Positions 19,221-28,996 of a stretch of DNA of 64,000 nucleotides are shown piece by piece. The position numbers and the translations under genes are program-made. Source of the DNA: Planctomycetota bacterium (GTDB taxonomy: Bacteria; Planctomycetota; UBA1135; UBA2386); contig OZ245838.1 of the NCBI GenBank assembly GCA_965228735.1, forward strand, positions 6,592,001 through 6,656,000. Direction: 5' to 3'. How positions within the stretch are numbered: the first letter of the stretch is position 1; every line of letters starts with the position of its first letter. The notes beneath the pieces were generated by a model that ran no database searches, was not told the DNA's origin, and saw nothing but the letters and a program-made list of their open reading frames with translations.

Positions 19221-21495
19221 TGGGAGTCACCGAGATGTTGTCGAGGTAGACCCGGAAGCGGCTCTGCGGGGTGAAGCCGTATACGCCGGGCGCGCCGTGC
19301 GTGTTGGCGATCGGCACGTCGACCTCGAGCGTCCAGGCGTCGGGTTCTTCAGTGCCGCGTTCCCAGGCCTTGGCGCGCACGACGCCCGACCCGTCGGAGT
19401 TGACGTCGACGCGGCTCTTGAGGGTGTACCACTTGCCGGGCTGCCAGCGGAAGCGAACGCTCTCCTTGAGCAGCTCTTCGTTGGACGTGATCTCGAGCTT
19501 CTGGTGGTTGCCCTTGAGCACGATCTGGTAGCGCTGGTTGATGATGCCGGGGTTGCTCTTGATGCGGCGGTTGCCGTCCGTGCGGACGTCGGCCTGCACC
19601 GTGTAGTTCTGCATGTCCGGGTGCCCGATCATCGTGATCGTGCGCTGGAACAGCGGAATGTCGAGCGTGCGCGCGAGGACCTTGTCGCCGTCCACGTCGC
19701 GCACCTCCCACTTGTTCTTGGCGCCGATCCAGTGCGCGGGCGGGTCGTCGAACATGACGCCGGCTTCCTTCGGGTGGGGGCGCAGGGTCGCGCTCTCGAA
19801 GTCCTCGGCGATGGGCGTGTCGGCGACGATGCGAATGCGGGCGGTGCCGGTCAGGTCGCCGACCGTCGCCTTCAGCAGGCCCGCCATCGGCACGGCGTCG
19901 CGCGCGATCGTGAGCTTGCCGCTGCGGTCGATCGTCACGCCCTTCGTGAGCTTGCCGCTCCACTGGATGTCTTCGTTAGCTGGACCCTCGGCCGGATCGG
20001 CGACCGTCGCGCCGTTGCCGTCGAGGCTGCGCACGCGGAACTGCACGGTTTCGCCCTGCCTCATCAGGATGTCGGCGGGAATGACCTGCAGCTGCGCTGC
20101 GGCGCCGACCGGCGCGGGCTGCGCCATGACCGGGGCTGCTGGCACGGGGCCGCCCTTGCCGGCGAAGCAGTAGAGCGCCTTCGTCGTGTGTACGTAGATC
20201 CGGCCGCCGCAGATCGCGGGCGCGCCCAGGCAGTTGCCTTCGAGCTGGCGCTCGGCGATCACGTTCGGCTTCTCGTCGGTCGGCTCCACGATGAAGAGCG
20301 TGCCGTTGTTCATCGGCACGTAGAGCCGGCCGTCGCCGAACGCGGGGGAGGCGTGGATCTGGTCGGGCGCGAGCTTGTGCTCCCAGTAGATCTTGCCGGT
20401 GTCGGCGTCGACGCACGCGAGCTCGCCGGTCGCGACCGTCTGATAGACGCGGTTGCCCGCGAGCACGGGCGAGCTCGTGAACGCGACGAGGTGGTTGCGC
20501 CACGCCTCGTCGGCCTTGCCGAGGTCCTTCAACGACCCGTCGGGTGCCGGCGGGCTGCCGCGCCGGATCGCGACCATGCGACCGGCCGTCGAGTCGTCGA
20601 GGTTCTCCTTGCCGTGGATCGCGATGACCGTGTCACCGTGCACGACGGCGCTGCTGCTCATGCCGCCGGTGCACATCGGGAAGCGCCACAGCGGCTGTCC
20701 GGTGCGCACGTCGACGCACGCGAGGTGGCCGCCCGAGCCGCCCGCGTACATCACGCGCCGGCCGTTCTCCCAGTCGAGCACGGGCATCGTGAACGAGATG
20801 TCCTTCGGCGGCCCGCCCGGGGTCGACGACCAGACGTTCTCGCCCGTCTCCTTGTCGAACGCGAAGAAGCGCTCGCGCGCGGGGCCGTGCGGCCCCCAGC
20901 CCGACGTCGTGCCGTGGATGATCGCGAGCCCGCTGTCGATCACGGGCGAACCGGTGCGGCCGTTGGGGAACACGAGCCGGCCGAACTCGGAGCCAGTCGC
21001 GTGCTGCCAGCGCAGGTCGCCGTCCCGCGTGAACGAGCAGAACAACCCAGCGGACGTGAGGCAGAACACGTTGCCGGTCTCGGGGTCGACCGTCGGGCTG
21101 CCGATCGAGAACCGGTAGTAGATGATGTCCGTGAGGAAGTGCTGGAAGCGGCGTTCCCAGATGCGTTCGCCGGTTGCCGCGTCGAGGCACAGCAGCACCT
21201 CCTCGAGGTTCTTGCCGTCGCCCTCGTACCCGAGCGTGTAGAGTCGCCCGTCGTGGACGACCGGCGTGCCACGGCCCGCGAGGTCGTACTGCCACGCGAG
21301 GTCGTCGAGCTGCGTCGGCAGGCCGATCTCACGCGAGGTGCCGTTCTGATCGGGGCCGCGCCAGCTGAGCCAGCTGTGGGTCGCGGTGGCCGGGTTCTGC
21401 GCCTGGGCCATCGTGCAACTCGGCAGCGCGAGCGTTCCGGCCGTGAGCAACGTGGCAACCGTCGCGGAGCTGGCGAAGAGCGAGCGGAGAATCAT
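19213..21495 (-). CDS. Exported beta-propeller protein with C-terminal Ig-like and beta-sandwich (lectin-like) extension
   Basis: SWLSWRGPDQNG and blades, then about 300 extra beta-rich residues; start ATG 21495 or 21504; possible lipobox LPSC. Confidence 0.82.
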   Translation of the reverse strand: MILRSLFASSATVATLLTAGTLALPSCTMAQAQNPATATHSWLSWRGPDQNGTSREIGLPTQLDDLAWQYDLAGRGTPVVHDGRLYTLGYEGDGKNLEEVLLCLDAATGERIWERRFQHFLTDIIYYRFSIGSPTVDPETGNVFCLTSAGLFCSFTRDGDLRWQHATGSEFGRLVFPNGRTGSPVIDSGLAIIHGTTSGWGPHGPARERFFAFDKETGENVWSSTPGGPPKDISFTMPVLDWENGRRVMYAGGSGGHLACVDVRTGQPLWRFPMCTGGMSSSAVVHGDTVIAIHGKENLDDSTAGRMVAIRRGSPPAPDGSLKDLGKADEAWRNHLVAFTSSPVLAGNRVYQTVATGELACVDADTGKIYWEHKLAPDQIHASPAFGDGRLYVPMNNGTLFIVEPTDEKPNVIAERQLEGNCLGAPAICGGRIYVHTTKALYCFAGKGGPVPAAPVMAQPAPVGAAAQLQVIPADILMRQGETVQFRVRSLDGNGATVADPAEGPANEDIQWSGKLTKGVTIDRSGKLTIARDAVPMAGLLKATVGDLTGTARIRIVADTPIAEDFESATLRPHPKEAGVMFDDPPAHWIGAKNKWEVRDVDGDKVLARTLDIPLFQRTITMIGHPDMQNYTVQADVRTDGNRRIKSNPGIINQRYQIVLKGNHQKLEITSNEELLKESVRFRWQPGKWYTLKSRVDVNSDGSGVVRAKAWERGTEEPDAWTLEVDVPIANTHGAPGVYGFTPQSRFRVYLDNISVTPND

Positions 21496-21644
21496 GGGGA
21501 GCATGGAACGGGGCGTGGGGGCAGATGGCACGAGGTTTCGCAACAGTTGACCCACAAGTTACTTGCCCACGACGTATGGGCCGGTCGAGCGCTCGGGGTC
21601 GGGTGCGTGGCGAGGGCGCTCGGGAGGCTGTTACGGCCGTTCGC

Positions 21645-22928
21645 TCAGTTCGGTGAGGAGATGCACCACAGGTGCTCGTGGGTGCGCAGGAACAGCTCGC
21701 CGCCGGCGGCGGCCGGCGTCGAGTTGGTGTCCTCGCCGAGCTCGTTGCGGGCGAGGACGACGAGTTCTTCGCGGTCGGGCGCGAACACCGTCGTCGTGCC
21801 GTTCTGGCCCATGAGGTACAGCCGGTTGCCGGTGGTCAGGACGGAACCCCACGTCTTGCCGCGCGTGACGCGCGAGCGCCAGTGCTGCGTGCCGTCCTTC
21901 GGATCGAGGCACCGCACGAAGCCGTCCATCTCCGGCACGAAGATCGCGCCGTTCTCGAACACGGCCGATGCGCAGTTCGTGATCGACTCGGGATGCAGCC
22001 ACTCGCGATGGGTCGCCGTCACGTCGCCGGTGCCGTCGAGCCGCACGCCGAGCATGGGGCCGACGTAGCCGCCGAAGATCGCGCACAGCTCGCCGGCGAT
22101 GACCGGCGAGCTGTAGGTCAGGTCGCCGCGCGAACTCGAGACCCCGCCGCACTCCCAGGCGATGGAGCCGTCCTTCGCGTCGTAGGCCACGAGCCGCGTC
22201 GGCTGGCCGCAGAGCACGAGGTCGCGATTGCCGACGCGCTGCACGAGCGGCGTGTGCCACGAACCTGCGAGTCGCTTCTTCTCGACCTGCTCGGGCGTCA
22301 GGTGCGGCGGCTCGTCGGTGCGCCACACGGTTGCGCCGGTCTCGCGATCGAAGGCGGCCACGAACGACGTCTCGCCCGGACCGGTGTGGAGCAGCACATG
22401 ATCCCCGTGCAGCACGGGCGATGTGCCGTGCCCCCATTGGTGGCGGAACTCACCGAGATCGCGGCGCCAGAGCTCCTTGCCGTCGAGGTCGTAGCACAGC
22501 AGCCCCGCGCTCGCATGCCACACGATCACCCGGTCGCCGTCGCACGCGGGCGTCGTGCTGCAGTGCGGGTTGGTCTGGTGTGTCGGCATCGCGCGGTCGA
22601 GCGTGACCGTGCGGCGCCAGAGTTCCTTGCCCGAGCTCTGATCGAAGCACAAGAGCGACCGCCCGCGCCCGTCCTCGTCCTCGGCCATCGTGAGGAACAC
22701 GCGACCTTCGGCCACGATCGGGCTGCCGTTGCCTGCGCGGGCGAGGGGTGTCTTCCACTTGACGTTCTTCGTCGGGCTCCACTCGAGCGGCAGGTTCTGC
22801 GCCGGCACGCGGCCGTCGCCGGTCGGGCCGCGCCATTGCGGCCAATCCTGCGCGTTGGAGCGGGCGACGAGCAGCAGGAGGCCCGCGGTGGTGCAGGCGA
22901 GCGTGAACGCGGGGTGATGGCGCGGCAT
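21645..22928 (-). CDS. Exported PQQ/BamB-like beta-propeller protein
   Basis: Signal peptide, QDWPQWRGPTGDG, C-terminal 'STPAAAGGELFLRT..LWCI'. Confidence 0.88.
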   Translation of the reverse strand: MPRHHPAFTLACTTAGLLLLVARSNAQDWPQWRGPTGDGRVPAQNLPLEWSPTKNVKWKTPLARAGNGSPIVAEGRVFLTMAEDEDGRGRSLLCFDQSSGKELWRRTVTLDRAMPTHQTNPHCSTTPACDGDRVIVWHASAGLLCYDLDGKELWRRDLGEFRHQWGHGTSPVLHGDHVLLHTGPGETSFVAAFDRETGATVWRTDEPPHLTPEQVEKKRLAGSWHTPLVQRVGNRDLVLCGQPTRLVAYDAKDGSIAWECGGVSSSRGDLTYSSPVIAGELCAIFGGYVGPMLGVRLDGTGDVTATHREWLHPESITNCASAVFENGAIFVPEMDGFVRCLDPKDGTQHWRSRVTRGKTWGSVLTTGNRLYLMGQNGTTTVFAPDREELVVLARNELGEDTNSTPAAAGGELFLRTHEHLWCISSPN

Positions 22929-22959
22929 CCCGTCATCGGACGGGGAATGCCGCGTGCCG

Positions 22960-24315
22960 TCAATCCGACTCGGGGGCGATCGCGACGAGCTTCGTCCGCG
23001 TGCGGTAGAGCAGCATCCCGCGGGAGATCGCGGGTGTCGCCATGACCGTTTCGCCGAACTCGTGGACGCCGAGCAACTCGAACTCCGGGCCGGCCTTGAC
23101 GACGTGCACGTCGCCTTCCTCGCTCGAGTAGTAGAGCTTGCCGTCCGCGGCGACGCCCGAGCTCGTGTAGCCGAAGCCGGCCGTCAGCCGTTCGCGGTAG
23201 TGCTGGGTGCCCGTCCTGGCGTCCCAGCACGTGATCACGCCGTTGTCGCGACAGACGTAGAGTTCGTCGCCGTAGACGATCGGCGTCTGCATGTAGGCGC
23301 CGAAGCGCTTCGAGCTCCACACCATCTGCTTGCCGTCGGCTTCCATCGACAGCTCGCCTTTCGAGTTCGCCGCGACCGCGAGGATCTGCGTGCCGCCGTG
23401 CGAGCTCGTGAGGAAGAACATGTCGTGCGCGACCGCGGGCCGCGGCACGGGCAGGTCGCCCTTGCCCGCGAGCCACCACAGCGGTTTGCCCGAGTCGAGG
23501 TCGTAGCCGCCGATGTGCTTCCAGCCGTTGAGCACGAGCTGCCGGCGACCCTCGCCGATGTGCACCGTCGGCGTGCACCACGTCGACTTCTCGGCGCGAT
23601 CGGTGCGCCAGACCTGCTTGCCGGTCGCGACGTCGAACGCGGCGACGAAGCTGCCCTCGTGCGCGTCGGCCTGCACGTAGACGCGGCCGTCGTGGATGAT
23701 CGGCGAGCTCGCCCAGCCCCATTGCGCCTTGGGCATCGCGAAGAAGCACGAGTCGAGCACGCCGAAGTCCTTCGACCAGAGCTTCTCGCCCGCGACGGTG
23801 TAGACGTGCAGCCCCTCGCTGCCGAGGAACGTGGCGACGTGCTCGCCGTCGGTGGCCGGCGTCGATGCCGCATGCGTTCCCTTGGGGTGCCGCGGGATCG
23901 CGGGCTTGCCCCGCCACACGCTCTTCGACCAACGGACTTCCCCGCTCTTGCGATCGACGCAGAGCAGCTGGAAGTCGAACTCGGAGTCGTCCTCGACGGG
24001 GCGGATGTCGCCGTAGAGGCCGACCTTGAGCTCCTCCTCGCCCTCCTTGTCACCTTGCCGGATCGAGGTGTTGACGAACACCATGTCACCCCAGATCACC
24101 GGCGAGCTGTGCGACAGACCCGGGATGGCGGTCTGCCAGGCGATGTTCTTGCCCGACTCGACGTCCCACTCCGTTGCGGTCTCGAAGCCTTCGGCGACGC
24201 CGCGCCCGTGCGGGCCGTGGAAGCCCGGCCAGGCGGTCTCCGCGTCGGACTGCGCCGGCAGCGCACCGAGCGTGAGGGTCAGGAGAGAGCATGGAGCGGC
24301 GAGTCGGGCGTTCAT
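22960..24315 (-). CDS. Exported PQQ/BamB-like beta-propeller protein
   Basis: Signal peptide, AWPGFHGPHGRG, HSSPVIWGD blades. Confidence 0.88.
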   Translation of the reverse strand: MNARLAAPCSLLTLTLGALPAQSDAETAWPGFHGPHGRGVAEGFETATEWDVESGKNIAWQTAIPGLSHSSPVIWGDMVFVNTSIRQGDKEGEEELKVGLYGDIRPVEDDSEFDFQLLCVDRKSGEVRWSKSVWRGKPAIPRHPKGTHAASTPATDGEHVATFLGSEGLHVYTVAGEKLWSKDFGVLDSCFFAMPKAQWGWASSPIIHDGRVYVQADAHEGSFVAAFDVATGKQVWRTDRAEKSTWCTPTVHIGEGRRQLVLNGWKHIGGYDLDSGKPLWWLAGKGDLPVPRPAVAHDMFFLTSSHGGTQILAVAANSKGELSMEADGKQMVWSSKRFGAYMQTPIVYGDELYVCRDNGVITCWDARTGTQHYRERLTAGFGYTSSGVAADGKLYYSSEEGDVHVVKAGPEFELLGVHEFGETVMATPAISRGMLLYRTRTKLVAIAPESD

Positions 24316-25580
24316 CTGCGTTCACCTTGGGGCCGGCCGAGCGCCAGCAGTTCGGTCTCGGTGCGAATGTAGAGGCGGTCGTGCGCGATCGCAGGCGTCG
24401 CGCAGGTGGGGCTGCCGAGGTCGAGCTCGCCGAGCGGCGTGTGCTCGTCGCCGGTCGCCGAGAACGTGCGCAGCGTGCCGGCGCGGTCGCAGACGAAGAT
24501 CGTCTCGCCGTTGGTCACGGGCGAGCTGAAGTAGCGCGCGTCGGTGCGTTCGCGCCACAGCTCGTCGCCGGTGTCGGCCTGCAGACACACGGCGTAGCCG
24601 CTGTCCGAGAACCAGAAGTAGCGCTGGCCGATCGCGATCGCCGCCGGCACGTAGGGCAGGCCGCGGCGCGGGCGATACGCGATCGCGGGCTCGGTCGCGC
24701 CCGCCTTGCCGAGGTCGAACACGGCGCACTCCTTGCCGGCGTTGCCCGCACCCGTGTTGACGAACAGGCGGTTGCCGCAGCGGGTCGGCGTCGCGATGAA
24801 CCGGTACTTGAAGCCCGGGTCGGCCTGCCAGCGCAGTTCGCCGGTCGCGGGTTCGATCGCCGTGAGCCCGTGCGCCGAGCTGGCCACGAGCAGGAACGGA
24901 TCGCCCGTCTCCGGTTCGAACAGCAGCGGCGGCGAATACTGCGCCCAGCGCGCGTTCGCCTCGCGATCGATCCGCCAGACCGGTTCGCCCGTCTTGCGAT
25001 CGAGCGCCGTGAGGAAGCTGTCGGGGCCCTGGTTCTCGTTCGCGATGATGACGAGATCGCCGCACAGCACGGGCGCCATCGCGCTGCCGTGGTTGCTCTT
25101 GAACGTGCCGAGCACGTGGCGCCACGCCTGCTTGCCGTCGTGATCGAACGCAGCCGCGACCAGGTCGGCGCCGTCGGTCCACAGCCCGTAGACCGCGTCG
25201 GCGTCGCAACACATCGTCGCGCTCGCGAAGTTGTTGAGCTTGTGCTGGTCGTGGGCCTCGAACTCGCGGCCCGCCGTCCAGAGTTCGTTGCCGGAGTCGG
25301 CGTCGAAGCACACGACGGCTCGGGTCGAGCCGACGATCCGGGTCAGGAACACGCGCTTGCCCCAGAGAACGGGCGAGCTGTGGCCGACGCCGCGGAGTTC
25401 GGCGCGCCAGCGGATGTGTTCGGGCGTCAGGTCGCCGGGCAGGTCGAGCTGGCCGTGACCCTGGCCGCCCGGCCCGCGGAAGCGCGGCCACTCCTGCGCG
25501 GTCGCGCGTCCCGAGACGGCCGCCGCGAAGACCGCGGTCGACGCCGCGAGCAGAACTCCGAGAACGCGGTCTCGCATCAT
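24312..25580 (-). CDS. Exported PQQ/BamB-like beta-propeller protein
   Basis: Start at ATG 25580 (ATGA overlap); QEWPRFRGPGGQG; blades. Confidence 0.88.
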   Translation of the reverse strand: MMRDRVLGVLLAASTAVFAAAVSGRATAQEWPRFRGPGGQGHGQLDLPGDLTPEHIRWRAELRGVGHSSPVLWGKRVFLTRIVGSTRAVVCFDADSGNELWTAGREFEAHDQHKLNNFASATMCCDADAVYGLWTDGADLVAAAFDHDGKQAWRHVLGTFKSNHGSAMAPVLCGDLVIIANENQGPDSFLTALDRKTGEPVWRIDREANARWAQYSPPLLFEPETGDPFLLVASSAHGLTAIEPATGELRWQADPGFKYRFIATPTRCGNRLFVNTGAGNAGKECAVFDLGKAGATEPAIAYRPRRGLPYVPAAIAIGQRYFWFSDSGYAVCLQADTGDELWRERTDARYFSSPVTNGETIFVCDRAGTLRTFSATGDEHTPLGELDLGSPTCATPAIAHDRLYIRTETELLALGRPQGERR

Positions 25581-27031
25581 TTCGCCCCGAGCTTGTAGAG
25601 GTGTTCGTCGGTGCGCAGCCAGATGCTGCCGTCGACGAGCGCCGGCGTCGCGAAGCACGTCTCGCCGAAGTCGGCCTCGTGCAGCACCTCGAGCGTGCCG
25701 GCGCGCAGCACCGTGAGGATGCCGGCCTCGCTCAACAGGTAGACCTTGCCGTCGCCCGCGACCGGCGCGGTGAAGTAGGCATCGCCCGCGTGCCCGACCC
25801 GTTCCTTCCCCTGCAGTTCACCGCTCTCGGCATCGAGCGCGGTCACGAGGCCGCCCTGGTCGGCGGCGAGGTAGTAGGTGCCGCCAGTGACGAGGGGCGA
25901 CGGCAGCTGCGGGATGGAGCGGTAGTACTGCCACAGCACGTTCTCGTCGGTCATGTCGCCCTCGCCGCCGACCTTGACGGCGATCGCGCAGTTGACCGCG
26001 GCGAGCGACAGTCGCAGGAGGTGCCACTCGCGCGCGTCGAGCACCTTGTCACGGTTGCTGTCGACGAAGCCGGCGTAGCCGCGCGCCCGCCGGTCCGTGA
26101 GCTCGGCGGCGTCGATCTTGCCGTTGTCGTTGCTGTCGAACTGTTCGAGCGCCGCCTCGAACTCGGGCAGGTCGAGCTGCCGGCCCTTGTTGTTGATCGG
26201 GCTCGCGAAACCGTGGATCCAGAGCGTGTCGTCGAGCAGCACGGGCACCGACTTCATCTCGCCCGCGAGGCCGCGGATCCACCACACGCGCTTGCCGGTC
26301 TGCACGTCGTAGGCGTCGAGCAGGAACGAGCCCGCGAGGATGAACTGCTTGGCCCCGCCGTCCGGCTGCCACAGGACCGGCGTGCAGTGGCCGCTCACGG
26401 CGTCGGGTCGCGCGGTCTTCCAGAGCACCTTGCCGCTGTGCTTGTGGATGCCGAGCACGTAGCTGTCGACGCCGTCGTCGCACGGCACGATCGCGACGTC
26501 GTCGATCAGGATCGGCGACGCGCCCATGCCGTACGCGTTGTGGAACGGGCCGAGCGGCAATCGCCAGCGTTCGTTGCCGTCGTGGTCGTAGGCGAGCGCG
26601 CCGAACTCGTCGAAGAACACCACGACGGTGTCCGCGTCGACCGCCGCTGATGCCGCGGCTGGACCGTTCTTGCCGTGAAACTTCGTCTCGCGTTCCCGCG
26701 GTGCCTCCTGCTGCCACACGGTTTCGCCGGTCGCCCGATCGACCGCGATCGTCCAGAGCTTGCCGTCTTCGAACGCCGTGAGGAACAACCGCGTCGGACT
26801 GAACGTCGGTGAGCTGTGACCCGGCGGGAATGCGCGCTTCCAGATCACGTTCCGTTCCGGCCCGACCTCGGCCGGATACGTGCCGCCAGTGGCGAGCCCG
26901 GTGCCGTTCGGGCCGCGGAACATGTTCCATGGCGAGGTGCCGTCTTGAGCGGCACCGTCCTGGGCGCCGAGCGTGGCGAGCATCAGCAGGGCGGTGATCG
27001 GCGGCAGGGCGCGGCGCGCGAGCGAGATCAT
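25577..27031 (-). CDS. Exported beta-propeller protein with an inserted EF-hand pair
   Basis: PWNMFRGPNGTG; loops DSNDNGKIDAAE and DSNRDKVLDARE. Confidence 0.88.
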   Translation of the reverse strand: MISLARRALPPITALLMLATLGAQDGAAQDGTSPWNMFRGPNGTGLATGGTYPAEVGPERNVIWKRAFPPGHSSPTFSPTRLFLTAFEDGKLWTIAVDRATGETVWQQEAPRERETKFHGKNGPAAASAAVDADTVVVFFDEFGALAYDHDGNERWRLPLGPFHNAYGMGASPILIDDVAIVPCDDGVDSYVLGIHKHSGKVLWKTARPDAVSGHCTPVLWQPDGGAKQFILAGSFLLDAYDVQTGKRVWWIRGLAGEMKSVPVLLDDTLWIHGFASPINNKGRQLDLPEFEAALEQFDSNDNGKIDAAELTDRRARGYAGFVDSNRDKVLDAREWHLLRLSLAAVNCAIAVKVGGEGDMTDENVLWQYYRSIPQLPSPLVTGGTYYLAADQGGLVTALDAESGELQGKERVGHAGDAYFTAPVAGDGKVYLLSEAGILTVLRAGTLEVLHEADFGETCFATPALVDGSIWLRTDEHLYKLGAK

Positions 27032-27115
27032 GGCGGGAGAGTAGGCGGCGCGGGCCTCGCCTGCACGTTCGCTTGCCGCGGACAGGAACGATGCCCGGCC
27101 GCCGTTGCAGGGTCG

Positions 27116-27547
27116 TTACGACAGGCGCTCGGCGGGCACGGCCTCGATCGCCGCGTCGATCGCGGGCGGCATCGCCACGGCGCGCAGCGTGCCGTCCGCG
27201 GTCTTCTCGATGCACACCGCCGTGATCGTGCCGCGCGCGACCTCTTCGCCGGCCAGCAGGAACCGCGTTTCGTAGACGATCGCCTTGCTGCGCTTCTCGC
27301 GCACCAGCAGGTGCAGTTCGACCTCGTCCTCGTAGCGCAGGGGCCGCTTGTAGTCGCACGTGGCGTTGCGACGGGCCCAGCCGAACGCCGCGGTCCGAAC
27401 GTCGCCGTGCACCGAGTAGCCGAGCGAGCGGAAGAACGCGTGCTCCGCCTCTTCCATGTACCGGAAGTAGTTGGAGAAGTGCAGGATCCCGGCCATGTCG
27501 GTCTCGGCGAACGTCACCGACCGTCGCATTCGGAACTCACTCGCCAT
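27116..27547 (-). CDS. Hotdog-fold acyl-CoA thioesterase (YbgC/4HBT family)
   Basis: 'FAETDMAGILHFSNYFRYMEEAE' and 'CDYKRPLRYED'. Confidence 0.9.
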   Translation of the reverse strand: MASEFRMRRSVTFAETDMAGILHFSNYFRYMEEAEHAFFRSLGYSVHGDVRTAAFGWARRNATCDYKRPLRYEDEVELHLLVREKRSKAIVYETRFLLAGEEVARGTITAVCIEKTADGTLRAVAMPPAIDAAIEAVPAERLS

Positions 27548-27553
27548 GACGAC

Positions 27554-28864
27554 TCACGCGTAGCGCACGGCGCGGTGTTCGGCCGGAAAGAACTCGTGCA
27601 GCAGCCGGTCGATCTCGAGCATCGCCGCGCGCCGCACGGTGATCGCATCGCCGCTCACCTCGAAGTGGCCATCAGTGACGTGCTTGTCGAGCGCCCTGCC
27701 GAACCGCTGCGTGACCTCGACGCCGAACTTGCTGCGGAAGTAGCCCGCGTCGACCTGGCCGAGCTTGAGCTGCAGGATGAACTCGCGGATCAGCCGCTGG
27801 TCGTCGTCGAGCGGCAGCGCGCGATGGATCGGCAGCTCGCCGGCCTCGACGCGCTCGACGTAGGGCAGGAAGTCGTGCTCGTTCTGGAAGTGGATGCCGC
27901 CGACGTGCGAGAACGACGCGACGCCGAGCCCGAGCAGGTCGGCGCCGTGCCACAGGCCGTCGCGGTAGAGGAACTGCGCGTCGCCGCGCTTGGCCGTGTA
28001 GGCGCTGCCGATCGTGTAGCCATCGGCCTCGAGCGCGCGGAACGCCTCGTCGACCCAGCGCCGCTTGGTCGCCCAGTCGGCGACGGGGGCCACCTCCTCG
28101 CCGCTGTCCTTCATCCGGCGCGCGACCGTCGTGTTGAACGGGATCTCCATCTGGTAGATCGTCACGCTGTCGGGCTGCAGCTCGATCGTGCGTTCGATGC
28201 AACGTTGCCAGTTGTCGTCCGTCTCGCCGATCATGCCGGCGATCAGGTCGATGTTGATCTGCGGGAAGCCGACGTCGCGCGCGGTTCCGTAGGCCTTGTC
28301 GATCTCCTTGGCGCGGTGCGCGCGGTTGTTGCGTTCGAGGATCTCCGGATCGAAGTTCTCGACGCCGAGCGACAGCCGCGTGATGCCGAGGTCCTTCAGC
28401 GCCTTGATCTTCTTCTCCTGCAGCGTGCCCGGCTCGCACTCGAACGTGATCTCGCGCGCGGCGTCCCACGGCAGGTGCTCCTGGATGCCGGCGAACAGCT
28501 CGGTGAGCTGATCGACCGACAGATAGCTCGGCGTGCCGCCGCCGAAGTAGACGAAGTCGATCGGGCGCCCGGCGACCGCGGCCTGCTGCGCGTAGGACTT
28601 CGCCTCCTGCACGACCGCGCTCGTGTAGCGCCGGACCTCGTCGCTGTTCTTGTCCGTGTAGACCCGGAAGTAGCAGAAGTCGCAGCGCTTCCGGCAGAAC
28701 GGGATGTGGACGTAGAGCCCGAACGGGGTGCCCGGATCCGGCGGCTCGGCGAAGCGCGCGCGAGCAGCGGTGGCGTGCTCGGGCCGCCACACCGAGAACG
28801 GCGGATAGTTCGCGACGAAGTAATTCCCCGTCGTCGTGCTGTTGGCTTCGGAGTCGGAGGCCAT
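27554..28864 (-). CDS. HemN-like radical SAM enzyme (possible class C methyltransferase-type)
   Basis: LYVHIPFCRKRCDFC (CxxxCxxC), YFGGGTPS, RLSLGV, NIDLIAG, GLGVASFS, HemN C-terminal domain. Confidence 0.88.
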   Translation of the reverse strand: MASDSEANSTTTGNYFVANYPPFSVWRPEHATAARARFAEPPDPGTPFGLYVHIPFCRKRCDFCYFRVYTDKNSDEVRRYTSAVVQEAKSYAQQAAVAGRPIDFVYFGGGTPSYLSVDQLTELFAGIQEHLPWDAAREITFECEPGTLQEKKIKALKDLGITRLSLGVENFDPEILERNNRAHRAKEIDKAYGTARDVGFPQINIDLIAGMIGETDDNWQRCIERTIELQPDSVTIYQMEIPFNTTVARRMKDSGEEVAPVADWATKRRWVDEAFRALEADGYTIGSAYTAKRGDAQFLYRDGLWHGADLLGLGVASFSHVGGIHFQNEHDFLPYVERVEAGELPIHRALPLDDDQRLIREFILQLKLGQVDAGYFRSKFGVEVTQRFGRALDKHVTDGHFEVSGDAITVRRAAMLEIDRLLHEFFPAEHRAVRYA

Positions 28865-28890
28865 ACGCGCATCCTATACCGCCAGTCGTT

Positions 28891-28975
28891 GCCGTACGGT
28901 ACCTGGTTCATGCTGCCAGGGAGCACGCGGCTCCGCTGCGTGCTCCCTGGCAGCATGAACCAGGTACCGTACGGC
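28891..28975. repeat. Palindromic intergenic element, family A copy 1
   Basis: Perfect 38-bp inverted repeat (28891-28928 / 28938-28975) containing CCGTACGGTACCTGGTTCA. Confidence 0.9.
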
Positions 28976-28996
28976 TAACGCGATACCCATCCCCGT

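Noticed and set aside
21526..21541. Sigma-54 promoter TGGCACGAGGTTTCGC
   Set aside because: GG to GC spacing is one base too long and it points against the local genes
27554..28864. hemN coproporphyrinogen III oxidase
   Set aside because: Lacks the RNFQGY motif and has no heme pathway context
28865..28978. Short ORF ends reading 'MLPGS../MNQVPYG' on both strands
   Set aside because: Artefacts of translating the palindromic repeat
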